Shown here piece after piece: positions 10,554 to 23,267 of a DNA stretch of 64,000 nucleotides. The stretch comes from Rebecca billardiae RCC1528. Its lineage: Eukaryota; Protista; Haptophyta. Each line of letters starts with the position of its first letter. Position 1 is the stretch's first letter. Under the pieces are notes generated by a model that was not told the DNA's origin, did no database searches, and worked only from the letters and a program-made list of their open reading frames with translations. The stretch lies in the NCBI GenBank assembly GCA_965240325.2, contig OZ251236.1:868001-932000 (forward strand). Direction: 5' to 3'. The translations under genes were made by a program, and so were the position numbers.

Positions 10554-12558
10554 TCAGCGCGTGCCTCCCCGCGCGAGCCCAACACTCAGGCCGAGAGCAA
10601 ATCCGAGCGCGAGCATGAGCGCGCCACGCCCGCTATCGGACAGCGCGGACGGGTGCTGCGCGCTGCCGCCGTCCTGTGGCGGCCAGCCGTTGGCGCGCGC
10701 GCCACCGTCGGCCGCGTCCGGCGACTCGAGGAGCGCCTCCGCCACCGAGCGCTCGAGCTGATCCTGCGTTTTCACCGCAGAGGAGTTGCGGCTGCGCGCG
10801 AGCCGCGCGCCCGAGAGCGCGTCGAACTGGCGGCGCAGCTCGCCCGCCGAGCCCGAGCGCGAGCGCTGCCGCACCATCGAGGGGAGGGGCGAGAGGACGG
10901 TCGTGTGGTGCTCGAGGACGAAGATGCGCCCCTCCGCCTCCATCTGCCGAATCGCCTGCACGTCGCGGTCGAGCACGGCGCGATCCTTGTGGCACAGTAT
11001 CGCGGAGCCCACCTGCGTGAAGACGTCCACCGTGCGCTCGACGTGCGAGCCGACGTGGATGCCGCACTCGAGCGAGATGAAGGAGCGCAGCTTGCAGATC
11101 GCCTCGAGGCCGGGCGCGGCGACGACCTTCCCCGCGTCGGTCGAGACGAGGAGGACCTCCTGTCCGCACGCCTTGAACGGGAGCGGCGGCAGCGACGGCA
11201 GCTTGCCAAAGGCGGCGGGCGACTTGTCGTAGGCGAGGATGGTCGCATCGACCTGCCACCGGACCGGGCGCGTGGGCGGTCAGGAGCGGCGGCGCGCGCG
11301 CGGCGCCGCGAGATATGTGCGACGCGCAGTGCGCCGCCGCCGCCCACGGCCGCGCGCGGCATGGCAGCGGCGCGCACGCGCGCTAGCGCAGCCCCGCCTC
11401 ACGGGGCGCGGGCGCGCCCCGCGCCGCGCACACCTGCGAGTAGCCGCCCGTGAGCGCGCGCGCCAGCGGCACCCACGCGCCGTCTCCCCCGTGCGTGCGG
11501 CAGTTCATCTCGACGAGGCACGGCCCTGTCTTGGTCAGCATCACCTCGCCGTGCGACGGGCCGTGCCGGATGCCGAGAGCGTCAAGCACGCCGCGTGCAT
11601 ATGGCACGAGCACGTCGATCACAGCCTTGTCGCTCACCGGGAGCATGTTGACTGCGCGCGCCGAGCGCAGACGGGGGCGGTGCGCGGCGGGAGTTCACGG
11701 CGGACGCGCGCATGCGCTCTCGCTTCGGAGGGGCCTGCGCGCGCCCCGCTCCGAGGCCGGCGGGCGCAGCCGCAGCGCGGTGTGCTGCGCCGCAGCACGG
11801 CGCGCGGCGCGCGGCGCGTGGCGCGCACAGTAGACAAAGGGCGCGCCGTTGAGCGGCCGCTTGTCGTACAGCCAGACCATGCACGTCTTGTGCACGCCGT
11901 CGCGGCTCACCTGGTCGATTACGTACTCCTTGCCCACGAGGAACTCCTGCACCAGGATCGGCGCGCCCTGAGCGCCAAACTTGCGCTGCTCGCCGAGAAG
12001 CTTGTGGAAGTGCTCTTGCGCCTCGGCGGCGGTGCGGCACAGCTTGACGCCGTCCGAGCCCGCGGACTCGGCGGGCTTGACGATCACGGGCATGGGCTCG
12101 GAGTCGACGAAGGCGGAGACCTCGGCCCAGGTCGTGCCGCACGCCTCGCGCACCGCGCGCATCCCCGACCTCGCCACTGCGTCCTGCTGCTCCTTCTTGT
12201 TGCGCCGCGCGTTCGAGAGCTCCGTCCCGTTCGAACGCACGCCGAGCGCGGACGAGAGGGAGTCTGTGACCTTCACGCCCGACTCGCAGCCGCAGAAGCA
12301 CGCGATCAGCTCGAGCCCGCCCGCCGCGCTGCGCACGCGCTTCGTCGTCTCGACAATGTCGTCTTCGCACTCCTCCACCTCCGCGTGGAAGCTCAGCTTC
12401 TCGCGCACGTGCGTCGGCACGTGCGAGCGGAATGCTGGCGGGAGCTCGGCTGTCCACACCGCGATCACGGCGAATCCGCGCAGGTGCGCCTCGAGCGCCA
12501 CATTCGCGCCGGTCGACACGGGGTCGACGACAGCAATGGCCCGCTGCGCCGCGGGCAT
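10554..12558 (-). CDS. ATP-grasp ligase 1 (L-amino-acid ligase/DdaF-like), 3 exons: 12558-11829, 11651-11434, 11252-10554
   Basis: AVVDPVSTG, IVKPAESAGSDGVKLC, LVQEFLVGKEY, GPSHGEVM...LVEMNCR. GT..AG introns restore one frame. C-terminal hydrophobic tail. Confidence 0.85.
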
Positions 12559-12867
12559 GATTCGCGCCGATTCGGGAGCTCCGTCCCCTTCATTCTTTTG
12601 GCCCAATCTTCCGGACCGCAGCCCGGACTGGTAAGAGAGACCTGGAAACTGGTTTGAACCCATGACCTCAGACAGTAGGATTAGGAAGCCCGTCTCACCG
12701 TTTAGGACCCAGCCGTCCGGCGCGGCTTACAGTCCGGTGCTAGCCCACCCTGAGGCGCAACGATTACGAATGATGTAGGTGACTTAGAACACGATTAGCA
12801 TCATGGTCATCTTATCAGCCTTGACGTGACGAACGTGGCCGCTGCCACGCCCGCACGCCGCCACCGC

Positions 12868-14349
12868 TTACTGCTGCGACGCGGCAGACGAGGCTGGTGC
12901 CGCGCCGAGGACCGTCGGCGCCGCGCTGCCGTGCGCGGCGAGCAGCTCCTGCAGCTCGTCGAAGCCGATCGTCTCGGCCTCGACCAGCTTCTCCGCGAGC
13001 TCGTCGAGCAGCGCGCGGTTCGTCGTGAGCGTCTCCTTCACCGTGTCGTACGCGCGCGAGACGATGGCGGCGACTTCGGCGTCGATGCGCTCCTGCGTCG
13101 CCTCGCTCGCCATCTTGGGCGTGTTGAAGCCCGTGCCCTGCGGCCCCTCCCACGCGGTCGGGCCGAGCGCGTCGGAGGCGAAGCCCCACTGCGTCACCAT
13201 CCGCCTCGCCACGTCGGCCACGCGCTGCAGGTCGCTCGACGCGCCCGTCGTCACCTCCGCCGCGCCGTACACGAGCTCCTCCGCCGCGCGCCCGCCGAGC
13301 GCGACCGCCAGCTGCGCCTCCAGGTAGCGGCGCGAGTACAGCCCGGACTCCTGCTGCTCCTCGGAGGGGACGAAGAGGGTGAAGCCGCCCGCGCCGTTGG
13401 TGCGCGGCACGATCGTCACCTTGCCCACCGCGTCGAAGCCCGGCGTGAGCGCGCCCATGATCGCGTGCCCCGCCTCGTGGTACGCCACCAGCTCCTTGCG
13501 CGCGCGCGAGCTCATACCCGTCGACTTCTCCAGCCCGACCGTCAGCCGGTCGAGCGCGTACTCGATCTCGCTCATCGAGATCTCCTCCTTGTCGCGCCGC
13601 GCGGTCACGATCGCCGCCTCGTTGAGCAGGTTCGAGAGCGACGCGCCGGAGAAGCCGGTGGTGCGCGCGGCGACGGCGTCGAGCGAGACGTCGGCCGACA
13701 GCGGCTTGTCGGCCGCGTGCACGCCCAGGATCGCCGCGCGCCCCGCGCGGTCGGGCAGGTCGACGGGCACGCGCCGGTCGAAGCGGCCGGGGCGGAGCAG
13801 CGCGGCGTCGAGCACGTCCGCGCGGTTGGTCGCGGCGATCACCACCACGCCCGTGTCCTTCTCGAAGCCGTCCATCTCGGTGAGGATCTGGTTGAGCGTC
13901 TGCTCGCGCTCGTCGTTCCCGCCGCCACCCGCCGCCGCGCCGCTCGCGCGCGACTTGCCGATCGCGTCGATCTCGTCGATGAACACGATGCACGGGCCGT
14001 TCGCCTTGGCCTTGGCAAAGAGGTCGCGGATGCGCGACGCGCCGACGCCGACGAACATCTCGACGAACTCGGAGCCCGAGGCGGAGATGAACGGCACGCC
14101 CGCCTCGCCCGCCACCGCGCGCGCGAGCAGCGTCTTGCCCGTGCCAGGCGGACCCTCCATGATCACGCCGCGCGGCGCGCGCGCGCCCACCTTTGCAAAC
14201 TTGGCGGGCGTCGAGAGGAACTCCACCACCTCGCGCAGCTCGAGCTTCGCGCCGTCGCAGCCGGCGACGTCGGCGAAGGTGACGCCCGTGTTCGGCTCGA
14301 GCTGCAGCTCCGAGCGGGACTTGCCGATCTGGCTCAGCATGCCCAGCGG

Positions 14350-14380
<31 letters not shown>

Positions 14381-14940
14381 ATGCGCGGGCCGAGCAGGCT
14401 GGAGAGCAGCACGAGCGGGAACACGAGGTTCAAAGCGCCGCCGATCAGCTGGAGCGGTCCCTTGCCGCTCGGCTTGGGCGCGACGGTGAAGGGCACGTCC
14501 TTCGCGCTCAGCGCGTCGACGAGCGTGTTCTGTGCCGACGGGAAGATCGTCGTGCGCTGCGTCTCGCCGTTGGCAGTGCGCACGTACACGGTGCGATCGT
14601 CTTCGCCAAACAGCGCGTCCGTCACGGCGCCGTCTTTGATCTCGCGCTGGAGGACGGAGTACGGGATCGGCGTGGCCTGGGGCGCCTTGGGAGCGAGAGG
14701 GTTGCCGAAGAGCAGCGTGGCTGCGACGCCGAGCGTCGCCACCGGGGCGACGGCGCGCGCGACCTTGGCGAGGCCATTGTCGTTCTTGTCGCCGCCCTCC
14801 TTCATGCGCGTCGACGCGACGCGGCTCGGCGAGGCGTGCGCGGCGGCACGCGGCACGACTGGGCGTGCCGTGTGCTGGGTGTACCCGGCGCCGCCCGTCA
14901 CGAGCGCGAGGAGCGTCGCGGTGGTGAGCATGAGGTTCAT
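12868..14940 (-). CDS. ftsH: ATP-dependent zinc metalloprotease FtsH, plastid-targeted, copy 1 (intronless)
   Basis: Signal peptide [17 protein letters not shown], two TM segments, Walker A GPPGTGKT, Walker [30 protein letters not shown] zinc motif. Confidence 0.95.
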
Positions 14941-15144
14941 CGTGCCGTAGTGCGCGGTGGACGTCGGTCTTGGGCCGGCGGCAGGTCGGTGAAGCTTCGG
15001 GACGGTGCAGTTGGTTGGGACTCGGGCGGAGAGCAACGAGAGCAAACGGCAAACGGTGGACGGAAGGGCAGTCGGCACGATGGCCGCCTCATGCCGCCAG
15101 CGGGAACCGCACCCGCGCCCGCTGCGGTGCGTGCGACGTCCTAC

Positions 15145-15281
15145 GAGAGCGGAATGCTGCTGGAAGCTCGGCCGTCCACGTTACGATCACGGCGCATCCA
15201 CGCAGGTGCGCCTCGAGCGCTACATTCGCGCCGGTCAACTACACGGGGTCGACCACGGCAATGGCCCGCTGCGCGCGGGCA
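15145..15281 (-). pseudogene. Decayed fragment of the ATP-grasp ligase 1 5' end
   Basis: Aligns to 12425-12557 (e.g. cgcaggtgcgcctcgagcgc, ggggtcgac, gcaatggcccgctgcgc) with substitutions and indels. The ATG is lost. Confidence 0.85.
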
Positions 15282-15859
15282 CCGCGCGCTTGAGATCGCT
15301 GCGGCCTGACGACCGCCTCTTCGGTCCGATTCCGACGATGATTGACGACCAAGTCTTCGGCCACCACCTGGTTGCGGTCTTCTGGGCCGACGGATGCTCG
15401 CGGATGACGACGGGAGCGTCTGCACCACCCGCCCCCGGTCCGCGCACTTGTGGATACGGACCGATCGACCGTATTTAGGTTAGAGCCGTCACTAGTTGGT
15501 ACGAACGACGCCAAGTCGTGAGCTACAGCTGCTGTAGTATTATCACAGTAGAACTCATCAGTGTGAAGACTCCGCGGCCTGAGTCGAACTACTATATCTA
15601 CTACTCTCTCTCTCTCTCTAGCTATCAGCCGCGTGATTTGTGACTAGACACTACGGTCCGACGCTGCATGTCGGATTGTTGAGCCGCTTCTGTAAGGAGT
15701 GTACAGCTCAGCTGTCGTACGCCGTCGGTAGTCGTGGCATCGCCGCTCTGAGCTAGTGGCAGTGCTGACAGTGTGCTACGACAATAAGTGTGGACCACCG
15801 ACCGGCCGCTGCACGCGGTCCGCGTTGTCCCGTGTTGGCCACTGCCACGCCGCCACCGC

Positions 15860-17341
15860 TTACTGCTGCGACGCGGCAGACGAGGCTGGTGCCGCGCCGA
15901 GGACCGTCGGCGCCGCGCTGCCGTGCGCGGCGAGCAGCTCCTGCAGCTCGTCGAAGCCGATCGTCTCGGCCTCGACCAGCTTCTCCGCGAGCTCGTCGAG
16001 CAGCGCGCGGTTCGTCGTGAGCGTCTCCTTCACCGTGTCGTACGCGCGCGAGACGATGGCGGCGACCTCGGCGTCGATGCGCTCCTGCGTCGCCTCGCTC
16101 GCCATCTTGGGCGTGTTGAAGCCCGTGCCCTGCGGCCCCTCCCACGCGGTCGGGCCGAGCGCGTCGGAGGCGAAGCCCCACTGCGTCACCATCCGCCTCG
16201 CCACGTCGGCCACGCGCTGCAGGTCGCTCGACGCGCCCGTCGTCACCTCCGCCGCGCCGTACACGAGCTCCTCCGCCGCGCGCCCGCCGAGCGCGACCGC
16301 CAGCTGCGCCTCCAGGTAGCGGCGCGAGTACAGCCCGGACTCCTGCTGCTCCTCGGAGGGGACGAAGAGGGTGAAGCCGCCCGCGCCGTTGGTGCGCGGC
16401 ACGATCGTCACCTTGCCCACCGCGTCGAAGCCCGGCGTGAGCGCGCCCATGATCGCGTGCCCCGCCTCGTGGTACGCCACCAGCTCCTTGCGCGCGCGCG
16501 AGCTCATACCCGTCGACTTCTCCAGCCCGACCGTCAGCCGGTCGAGCGCGTACTCGATCTCGCTCATCGAGATCTCCTCCTTGTCGCGCCGCGCGGTCAC
16601 GATCGCCGCCTCGTTGAGCAGGTTCGAGAGCGACGCGCCGGAGAAGCCGGTGGTGCGCGCGGCGACGGCGTCGAGCGAGACGTCGGCCGAGAGCGGCTTG
16701 TCGGCCGCGTGCACGCCCAGGATCGCCGCGCGCCCCGCGCGGTCGGGCAGGTCGACGGGCACGCGACGGTCGAAGCGGCCGGGGCGGAGCAGCGCGGCGT
16801 CGAGCACGTCCGCGCGGTTGGTCGCGGCGATCACCACCACGCCCGTGTCCTTCTCGAAGCCGTCCATCTCGGTGAGGATCTGGTTGAGCGTCTGCTCGCG
16901 CTCGTCGTTCCCGCCGCCACCCGCCGCCGCGCCGCTCGCGCGCGACTTGCCGATCGCGTCGATCTCGTCGATGAACACGATGCACGGGCCGTTCGCCTTG
17001 GCCTTGGCAAAGAGGTCGCGGATGCGCGACGCGCCGACGCCGACGAACATCTCGACGAACTCGGAGCCCGAGGCGGAGATGAACGGCACGCCCGCCTCGC
17101 CCGCCACCGCGCGCGCGAGCAGCGTCTTGCCCGTGCCAGGCGGACCCTCCATGATCACGCCGCGCGGCGCGCGCGCGCCCACCTTTGCAAACTTGGCGGG
17201 CGTCGAGAGGAACTCCACCACCTCGCGCAGCTCGAGCTTCGCGCCGTCGCAGCCGGCGACGTCGGCGAAGGTGACGCCCGTGTTCGGCTCGAGCTGCAGC
17301 TCCGAGCGGGACTTGCCGATCTGGCTCAGCATGCCCAGCGG

Positions 17342-17372
<31 letters not shown>

Positions 17373-17932
17373 ATGCGCGGGCCGAGCAGGCTGGAGAGCA
17401 GCACGAGCGGGAACACGAGGTTCAAAGCGCCGCCGATCAGCTGGAGCGGGCCCTTGCCGCTCGGCTTGGGCGCGACGGTGAAGGGCACGTCCTTCGCGCT
17501 CAGCGCGTCGACGAGCGTGTTTTGTGCCGACGGGAAGATCGTCGTGCGCTGCGTCTCGCCGTTGGCAGTGCGCACGTACACGGTGCGATCGTCTTCGCCA
17601 AACAGCGCGTCCGTCACGGCGCCGTCTTTGATCTCGCGCTGGAGGACGGAGTACGGGATCGGTGTGGCCTGAGGCGCCTTGGGAGCGAGAGGGTTGCCGA
17701 AGAGCAGCGTGGCTGCGACGCCGAGCGTCGCCACCGGGGCGGCGGCGCGCGCGACCTTGGCGAGGCCATTGTCGTTCTTGTCGCCGCCCTCCTTCATGCG
17801 CGTCGACGCGACGCGGCTCGGCGAGGCGTGCGCAGCGGCACGCGGCACGACTGGGCGTGCCGTGTGGTGGGTGTACCCGGCGCCGCCCGTCACGAGCGCG
17901 AGGAGCGTCGCGGTGGTGAGCATGAGGTTCAT
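15860..17932 (-). CDS. ftsH: FtsH, plastid-targeted, copy 2
   Basis: Same 2073-nt length as copy 1, with about 10 substitutions seen, mostly synonymous. Confidence 0.95.
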
Positions 17933-18104
17933 CGTGCCGTGCGCGGTGGACGTCGGTCTTGGGCCGGCGGCAGGTCGGTGAAGCTTCGGGACGATGCCTC
18001 TCGCTGGGCCGCTTCGCGGGGCAACATTCTTCAACTTTCGCGGCAATTCGGACATGCATGCAGCTTCGGAGCCGTCCATCCGAGCTTGCTCTTGCGTCTG
18101 AGGT

Positions 18105-18212
18105 CCAGTTTCCAGGGCTTGTTCCAGGTCTCTCTTCGGAGAGCGTGCGATGAAGGATGGCGCGGCAACCTGCCACCGTGAGCCTTACGCACGTTACAAC
18201 AAATAAACTGTA
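18105..18212 (+). repeat. Dispersed repeat T (~105 bp) ending AAATAAACTGTA
   Basis: Reverse complement at 47683-47785, plus a 21-bp remnant at 12633-12653. Confidence 0.85.
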
Positions 18213-18812
18213 GGACCCAGCGGCAGAGTCGCGGGCCGCCGCTGCCCATGGCCATGAAATTGTAACGCAGTCAAGTTAGGGACTCTGCACGAAGCTGCAT
18301 GCATGTCAGTCACACAGTGACTCGCGTACCGTAGTCCGTATGCAGGCGGGCGACACGCGACGCGTACGATGTAGCCTATATGTCATGTATCATGTATGCC
18401 ACATTCTGCCTCGCGCGCGAGTCGTCTACTTTCACTGTGATATTCCCACGGTCCACCGAAGGACGAGCAGCCTTCTGCGACAGTGCTCACTTGCCAGACT
18501 GCACTTGCACGCAGCTGTTTCAACTTCAACCGACGTCGCTCACTCAGCGGCTGGCTCACTCGTCCCGTCACCCGACTCGCCAGTGATCAGGACCAGTGAC
18601 GCTTTGCACGGGCGCAAGCCACGCGTGCTCGCGATGGCCGCGAGCCATGGCGCGCGGGTTGCCCGACGGCTGCCACCTCCGAGCCTCGACCCACACACCC
18701 GCCAAAGTCAACGGAACCCCGCGCGATCGATCCCCCTCCGAGTGCGAGCAGCGCGCTCCTCACACGTCGGTCCGCATGCGGCAACGCGCGCCGAGCCCGC
18801 GCGCGCACCGCA

Positions 18813-20261
18813 TCAGATGCCCCTGAGCCCCTCGCGGTGCTCGCGCAATACGCGCTGCGCCTCCATCAGCTTCCACGCCTTCGCCGCGTCCTCGCGGTGC
18901 TTCAGCACGTACGGGTTCGGGTCGTCCGACTCCATGCCCGCAAACGTGTGGTTCACGTCCCGGTGGTTTGCCTCGTCCGCGTAGATGCACTTGAGCGCGT
19001 CCACCCACTTGGCGTCGTCGGGCAGGTGCCAGTAGCCCTTCGCGATGTCGGGCGCGGGCAGCTCGGACCACGCGGTGTGCAGCTTCGTGCCCGGCGTCTC
19101 GATGTGCATGATGATGTTGTGGTAGGTCTGGCACGCCGTCTGCAGCCGAGACGCGCGCGAGTGCGCGCGGCGCGGCGCGGCGGCGCTGCGCGTGAAGAGA
19201 GTCGGTGGGCGGGCACGCGCGGGGGCGCGCGCCGGCGCGCGCACGGGCGGCTCGGTTCGGAGCGCGCGTGCACGCACCTGCTCGAGGTAGCCGACGAAGC
19301 GGTGCATCGCCTTGGGCTGCACGAGGTAGATGCCCATCAGGAAGGGCGTCATGCTGAGCTGCGCGGCCACGCACAGCGTGCGGGTGATCGGCCCGGCCTC
19401 GAACATCTTGAGGCAGGTGAGCAGGTGCATGCGCTCGTTCTCGGCCTCCTCGAGCAGCGTGCCGATCCTGCGCGCGCGCGCGGCGGCGGCGGCGGCAGCG
19501 GCAGCCATGGCCAGCGACACGGGCACGTGCGCGCTCGCTCGCTCAGACACACAGCCAACGCTATGGCGTGGCCGCGCGCGCGCGAGCGCGCGCTGCGAGC
19601 ACGCGCGGATGGCTGTGCGCGCACCAGCCGTAGTCCTTCTTCAGCAGCCGCAGCGAGCGGAAGTGGCGGAAACCCGCCGCAACGAAGCCCGGCACGCCGG
19701 CGAAGGACTCGAGGATGATCAGCCGCCACTCGATCGACTTGGGCGACGGGTCCACGTGCGTGTACCCGGTGATCAGGTTGAACGGGTGGTCTGCGGGTGG
19801 GCGGACGGGGGCGCGGGGGCACGGGCCGGGGCGCGGGTGTTGGTGGGGACGCGCTTGGAGGGCTGGGTGCGACGGGGAGGCGTGCGGCCGGGCCCACGGG
19901 AGCCAGCGCTCTTACAAAGGCCATAGTACATAATCTTGTGCATCACCTGGTCCGAAAAGGTCTCGGGCACGTGCACGTCGTTGTACGTCTGCAGCTTCGC
20001 TTTGAGCTCCTCGGGCGACCAGATGTGGTTCTGCTGCCGCCCCACGCGGTCCGAGATCTCACGCTCGCGCTGCTCGTACATCGCCTTCGTGAGCACAGGC
20101 GACGGCCCGTTGAGCGGGTGCTTTTTCGTCGAGAGCCGGAAGTGCTCCGTGCGGATGCCCTCGATCTCGGCCTCGGTGCTCAGCCCGCGCAGGCGCGGCA
20201 TGAGCATGCGTGCTGTGCTGCGCGATGCAGCTGGTGTGCGGCGGGCGGCGATGCGCAGCAT
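18813..20261 (-). CDS. AOX: Mitochondrial alternative oxidase, 4 exons: 20261-19916, 19790-19625, 19467-19278, 19139-18813
   Basis: Arg-rich presequence and di-iron motifs [45 protein letters not shown]. Introns are canonical and restore the frame. Confidence 0.93.
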
Positions 20262-20715
20262 GTGTCCCGCGCTGGGTGCAGCTGAGGAGCGGCGGACGGC
20301 GGCGCACGAGATGTCCCACGTGCGGATGCACTCCCACTCTTGGACGTCAGACAAAGGGAGAAGATGCACGGGGAACCTTGTAAGTTCAGTACTGTACCGG
20401 TTGGACAATCGATTTGGTCGTCGACGCCACCGAACAACATACCTGCGAATGAAAGTGGGGTTCGAGATGACGATCTCGGCGGAGCAGACTTGTTGATATT
20501 CCAGATATTCTACCTTCTTGATGTACAGCTCGCGGTAAACAATGTCGTAGATCTGCGAGACACTGAGAGCAAGGGTGGACCACCCTTGCTGAGAGACAGA
20601 CTGGTCAGCAGTGAGCAGATTCCCCATCAAGATTCTTGTGCAGCTCTCCACCCAACCTACCGCCGCAGCTGCAGGAGCGGAGGTGTGCATGCATGGGATG
20701 GGCTTGATCGGCTGC

Positions 20716-22441
20716 TTACGAGACGCTGATTGTGCTCGCGGCCGCGTCGCTGAGCTGCAGCACGGCGCGCAGCGCCTGCTCCGGCGATGTGTACTCGTCG
20801 ATGGCAACCATCACGTCCGCGAGCCAGCTCGGCATCCCGTCCTCCGGCCCCACCACCTTCTCGCCCACGCCCACGAGCGGGCGCACGTACACGGCGCCTG
20901 GCGTGTCGCGCGCGAGGCGGTCGAGCTCGCCGTGCGATTGGACGGTGCCCGAGCGCGTCGCGCCGACGTAGTTGTAGGCGAGCGCGCACCGCGGCTTCTC
21001 CGCCTTGCGCGGCGTGCACGGCACGCCCGCGCACGCGCACAGCGTCTCCGTCACCAGGTCGACGCCGTGCACGCGCCGGTGGGTCTCGCACACCTGGCCG
21101 CCGCCCATCCGCGCGTTGATCTCGATCAGCCGCGCGCCGCGCGAGGAGTACTTGAGCTCGACGTGGAAGACGCCGACGGAGAAGCCGCACGCGCGCAGCG
21201 CGGCCACGGCCATCTCCTGCGGCCGGAGATGGGCGACGCGAGGTGGCGGTGGCGGTGGCGGGGTGAGCTGTGGGGCGCTCTGCGCGCGCGGGTCATGCGC
21301 GCGCGCACGCGCGCTCGCTGCGCGCGCACACCTTGAGCTCCGCCTGCTGCTGCGCGTCGAGCGTGGAGGGGCACACGCCGTAGGTCTCGTTAAAGTACGG
21401 CTCGGCCGTCGGCCCGTTGTCCACCACCTCGCAGAACGTCGCCTCGCCGCCATGCAGCACCACGTCCACATCGACCTCAGTACCGTCAAGGTACTCCTCC
21501 AGCACAAACGCGACGGCGCGCTCGGCGGGCACGCGCTCCGCCTCCGCGGCGCTGGCGAGGTCGGACATGCTGAATGAGTGCGGGAGCGGCTTGGGCGAGG
21601 TGGGGCCCGGCGCACCGAGCTCCATCCCGCGCAGCGCGACGCTCAGCTCGGCCGCCGCGCCCTCCGCCGCCAGCTGGCCCTCGCCGTCATTACCATGTTC
21701 GTTTTCCGGCTGCTCCGGAATACTCGCCGGAAAATCGGGCTGCGACTTGAGCTTGTCGATGTGCTCGTCGACGGTGTGGCTGCGCCGGACGAGCGCGCCG
21801 TTGCTCACGACGGTGGAGCGCATCTCGCGCTGCATCTGCGTGAACGTCGCGTGCAGCTCGCCCGCCGACAGCACCTTCTTCACGCCGAGGCTCGCCGCGC
21901 CGCCGGTCGGCTTCAGCACTGCGGGGAAGCCGACGAGCTCGACCGCGCGCGCCACGTCCGCCTCGGTGCGGAGGAGCGCGTTGGCGGGCGTGTCGAGGCC
22001 GGCCGCGGCCATCATGGCGCGTGTCGCGTACTTGTCCCGCGCCGTCTCGATCCCCTTCACCTCGGGCCCCGGCAGGCCGAGGACCTGCGCCGCGCGTGCG
22101 GCCGCGAGGACCATCAGCTCCGAGAAGCTTGTGAGCCCGTCCACCGGACGGCCGACGGCGGGGTCGCTGGCGAGGTCGTTGGCGATGATGACCAGGTCTT
22201 CGACGAGCTCGTTCACCTCCTGCGACACGTCGCAGGGGACGAACTTGGCGATGACGCCCTGCTCCTCGAGGTCGCGCGCCCAGCTGCCCGGCGAGTCGAC
22301 GACGACGCTCACGACGCCCAGCTCGTGCGCGCGCTCGTAGATGAAGCGCTTCGACGGGTAGCCGGGCGTGACGAAGACGATGACCTTGCCACGCAGCTGC
22401 TCGAGCCGAGCCGACTCGTCCGCACTGATCGGTGCGCACAT
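20716..22441 (-). CDS. ATP-grasp ligase 2 (carnosine-synthase-like), 2 exons: 22441-21332, 21216-20716
   Basis: GYPSKRFIYERA, ARDKYATR, VLKPTGGAASLGV, VLEEYLDGTEVDVD, FHVELK...LIEINARMGGG. Confidence 0.85.
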
Positions 22442-22867
22442 GGATGGAACGGAGGGTAGGGCGGGAGGAGGCGTGGCGACGCCGATCGAAGACGGGTTCC
22501 AGACGGCTTTGTGATGCGAAGTGCGCGCGACAACGGCGGGCCGTGGCGGCGGAAGGGCAGCCAAACGCGCGCATTCGGTTATTGCCGCATTCGTCAGAGC
22601 CGTGAGCTCAATACCATCTGCCGAAGGTCGGCGCTGACATCATTCGGCGTCATGCCGGTTGATTGCTCAGCCATTGGCCCAACATTCAGGCCGAAACAAA
22701 AGAAATCATTCACCGCGAGGTCTACCTCGAGTGGCGCCCACCAACGATGAATAGAAATCTGATCAGCGCGCCCGCGCTTGGAATTCGTCAGTCCGCCGCT
22801 TCCGCCCAAGTTGACACTGTTGTCTGTGCATCATGCTTGAAGCACTTACGAGTTGAGAGGATGATTA

Positions 22868-23171
22868 CCGCGGGCAGGCTCGCGGCGTCGCCTCCGAGCG
22901 CCTCAGACTTCAGGCCGAGCAGCAGCTCACCCAGTGCCAGAGAGCGCGCGCCATCCTCGTCCGCGGCGCGCTCGCCGTGGGCGAGCTCCGACAGCGCCTC
23001 CCAGCACGCGCGCGGCGCACGGCGCACGGTCACACGCTCGCTGCTCAGTGTCTCGCGACATGAGCACGTCCCACGCCCCACCCGCGCAGCGCGCGCGTCG
23101 AGGCCGGGCAGTGCGACACGCCTGGCGCCGCGCGGAACGCGGCACAGAGGTCGCCGACGAGCCCGTCGACT
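22868..23171 (-). pseudogene. Decayed copy of the 3' end of the epimerase-fusion gene
   Basis: Direct repeat of 33202-33470 with indels (VDGLVGDLCAAF...SHCPASTR; EALGGDAASLPA). Confidence 0.85.
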
Positions 23172-23267
23172 GGCACCAATGACACCGTGACGTCGTGGTG
23201 TCGCGTGCCAGGCGCCCATGCCTGCCTCTGTGTATCTGAAATCTGAGGCAATGACAGTGTCATCGTG

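Noticed and set aside
12826-18181. Long + strand ORFs opposite FtsH, and similar ones opposite SMC6, MYND and FANCA-like genes
   Set aside because: Antisense or frame shadows caused by extreme GC3, with no independent motifs.
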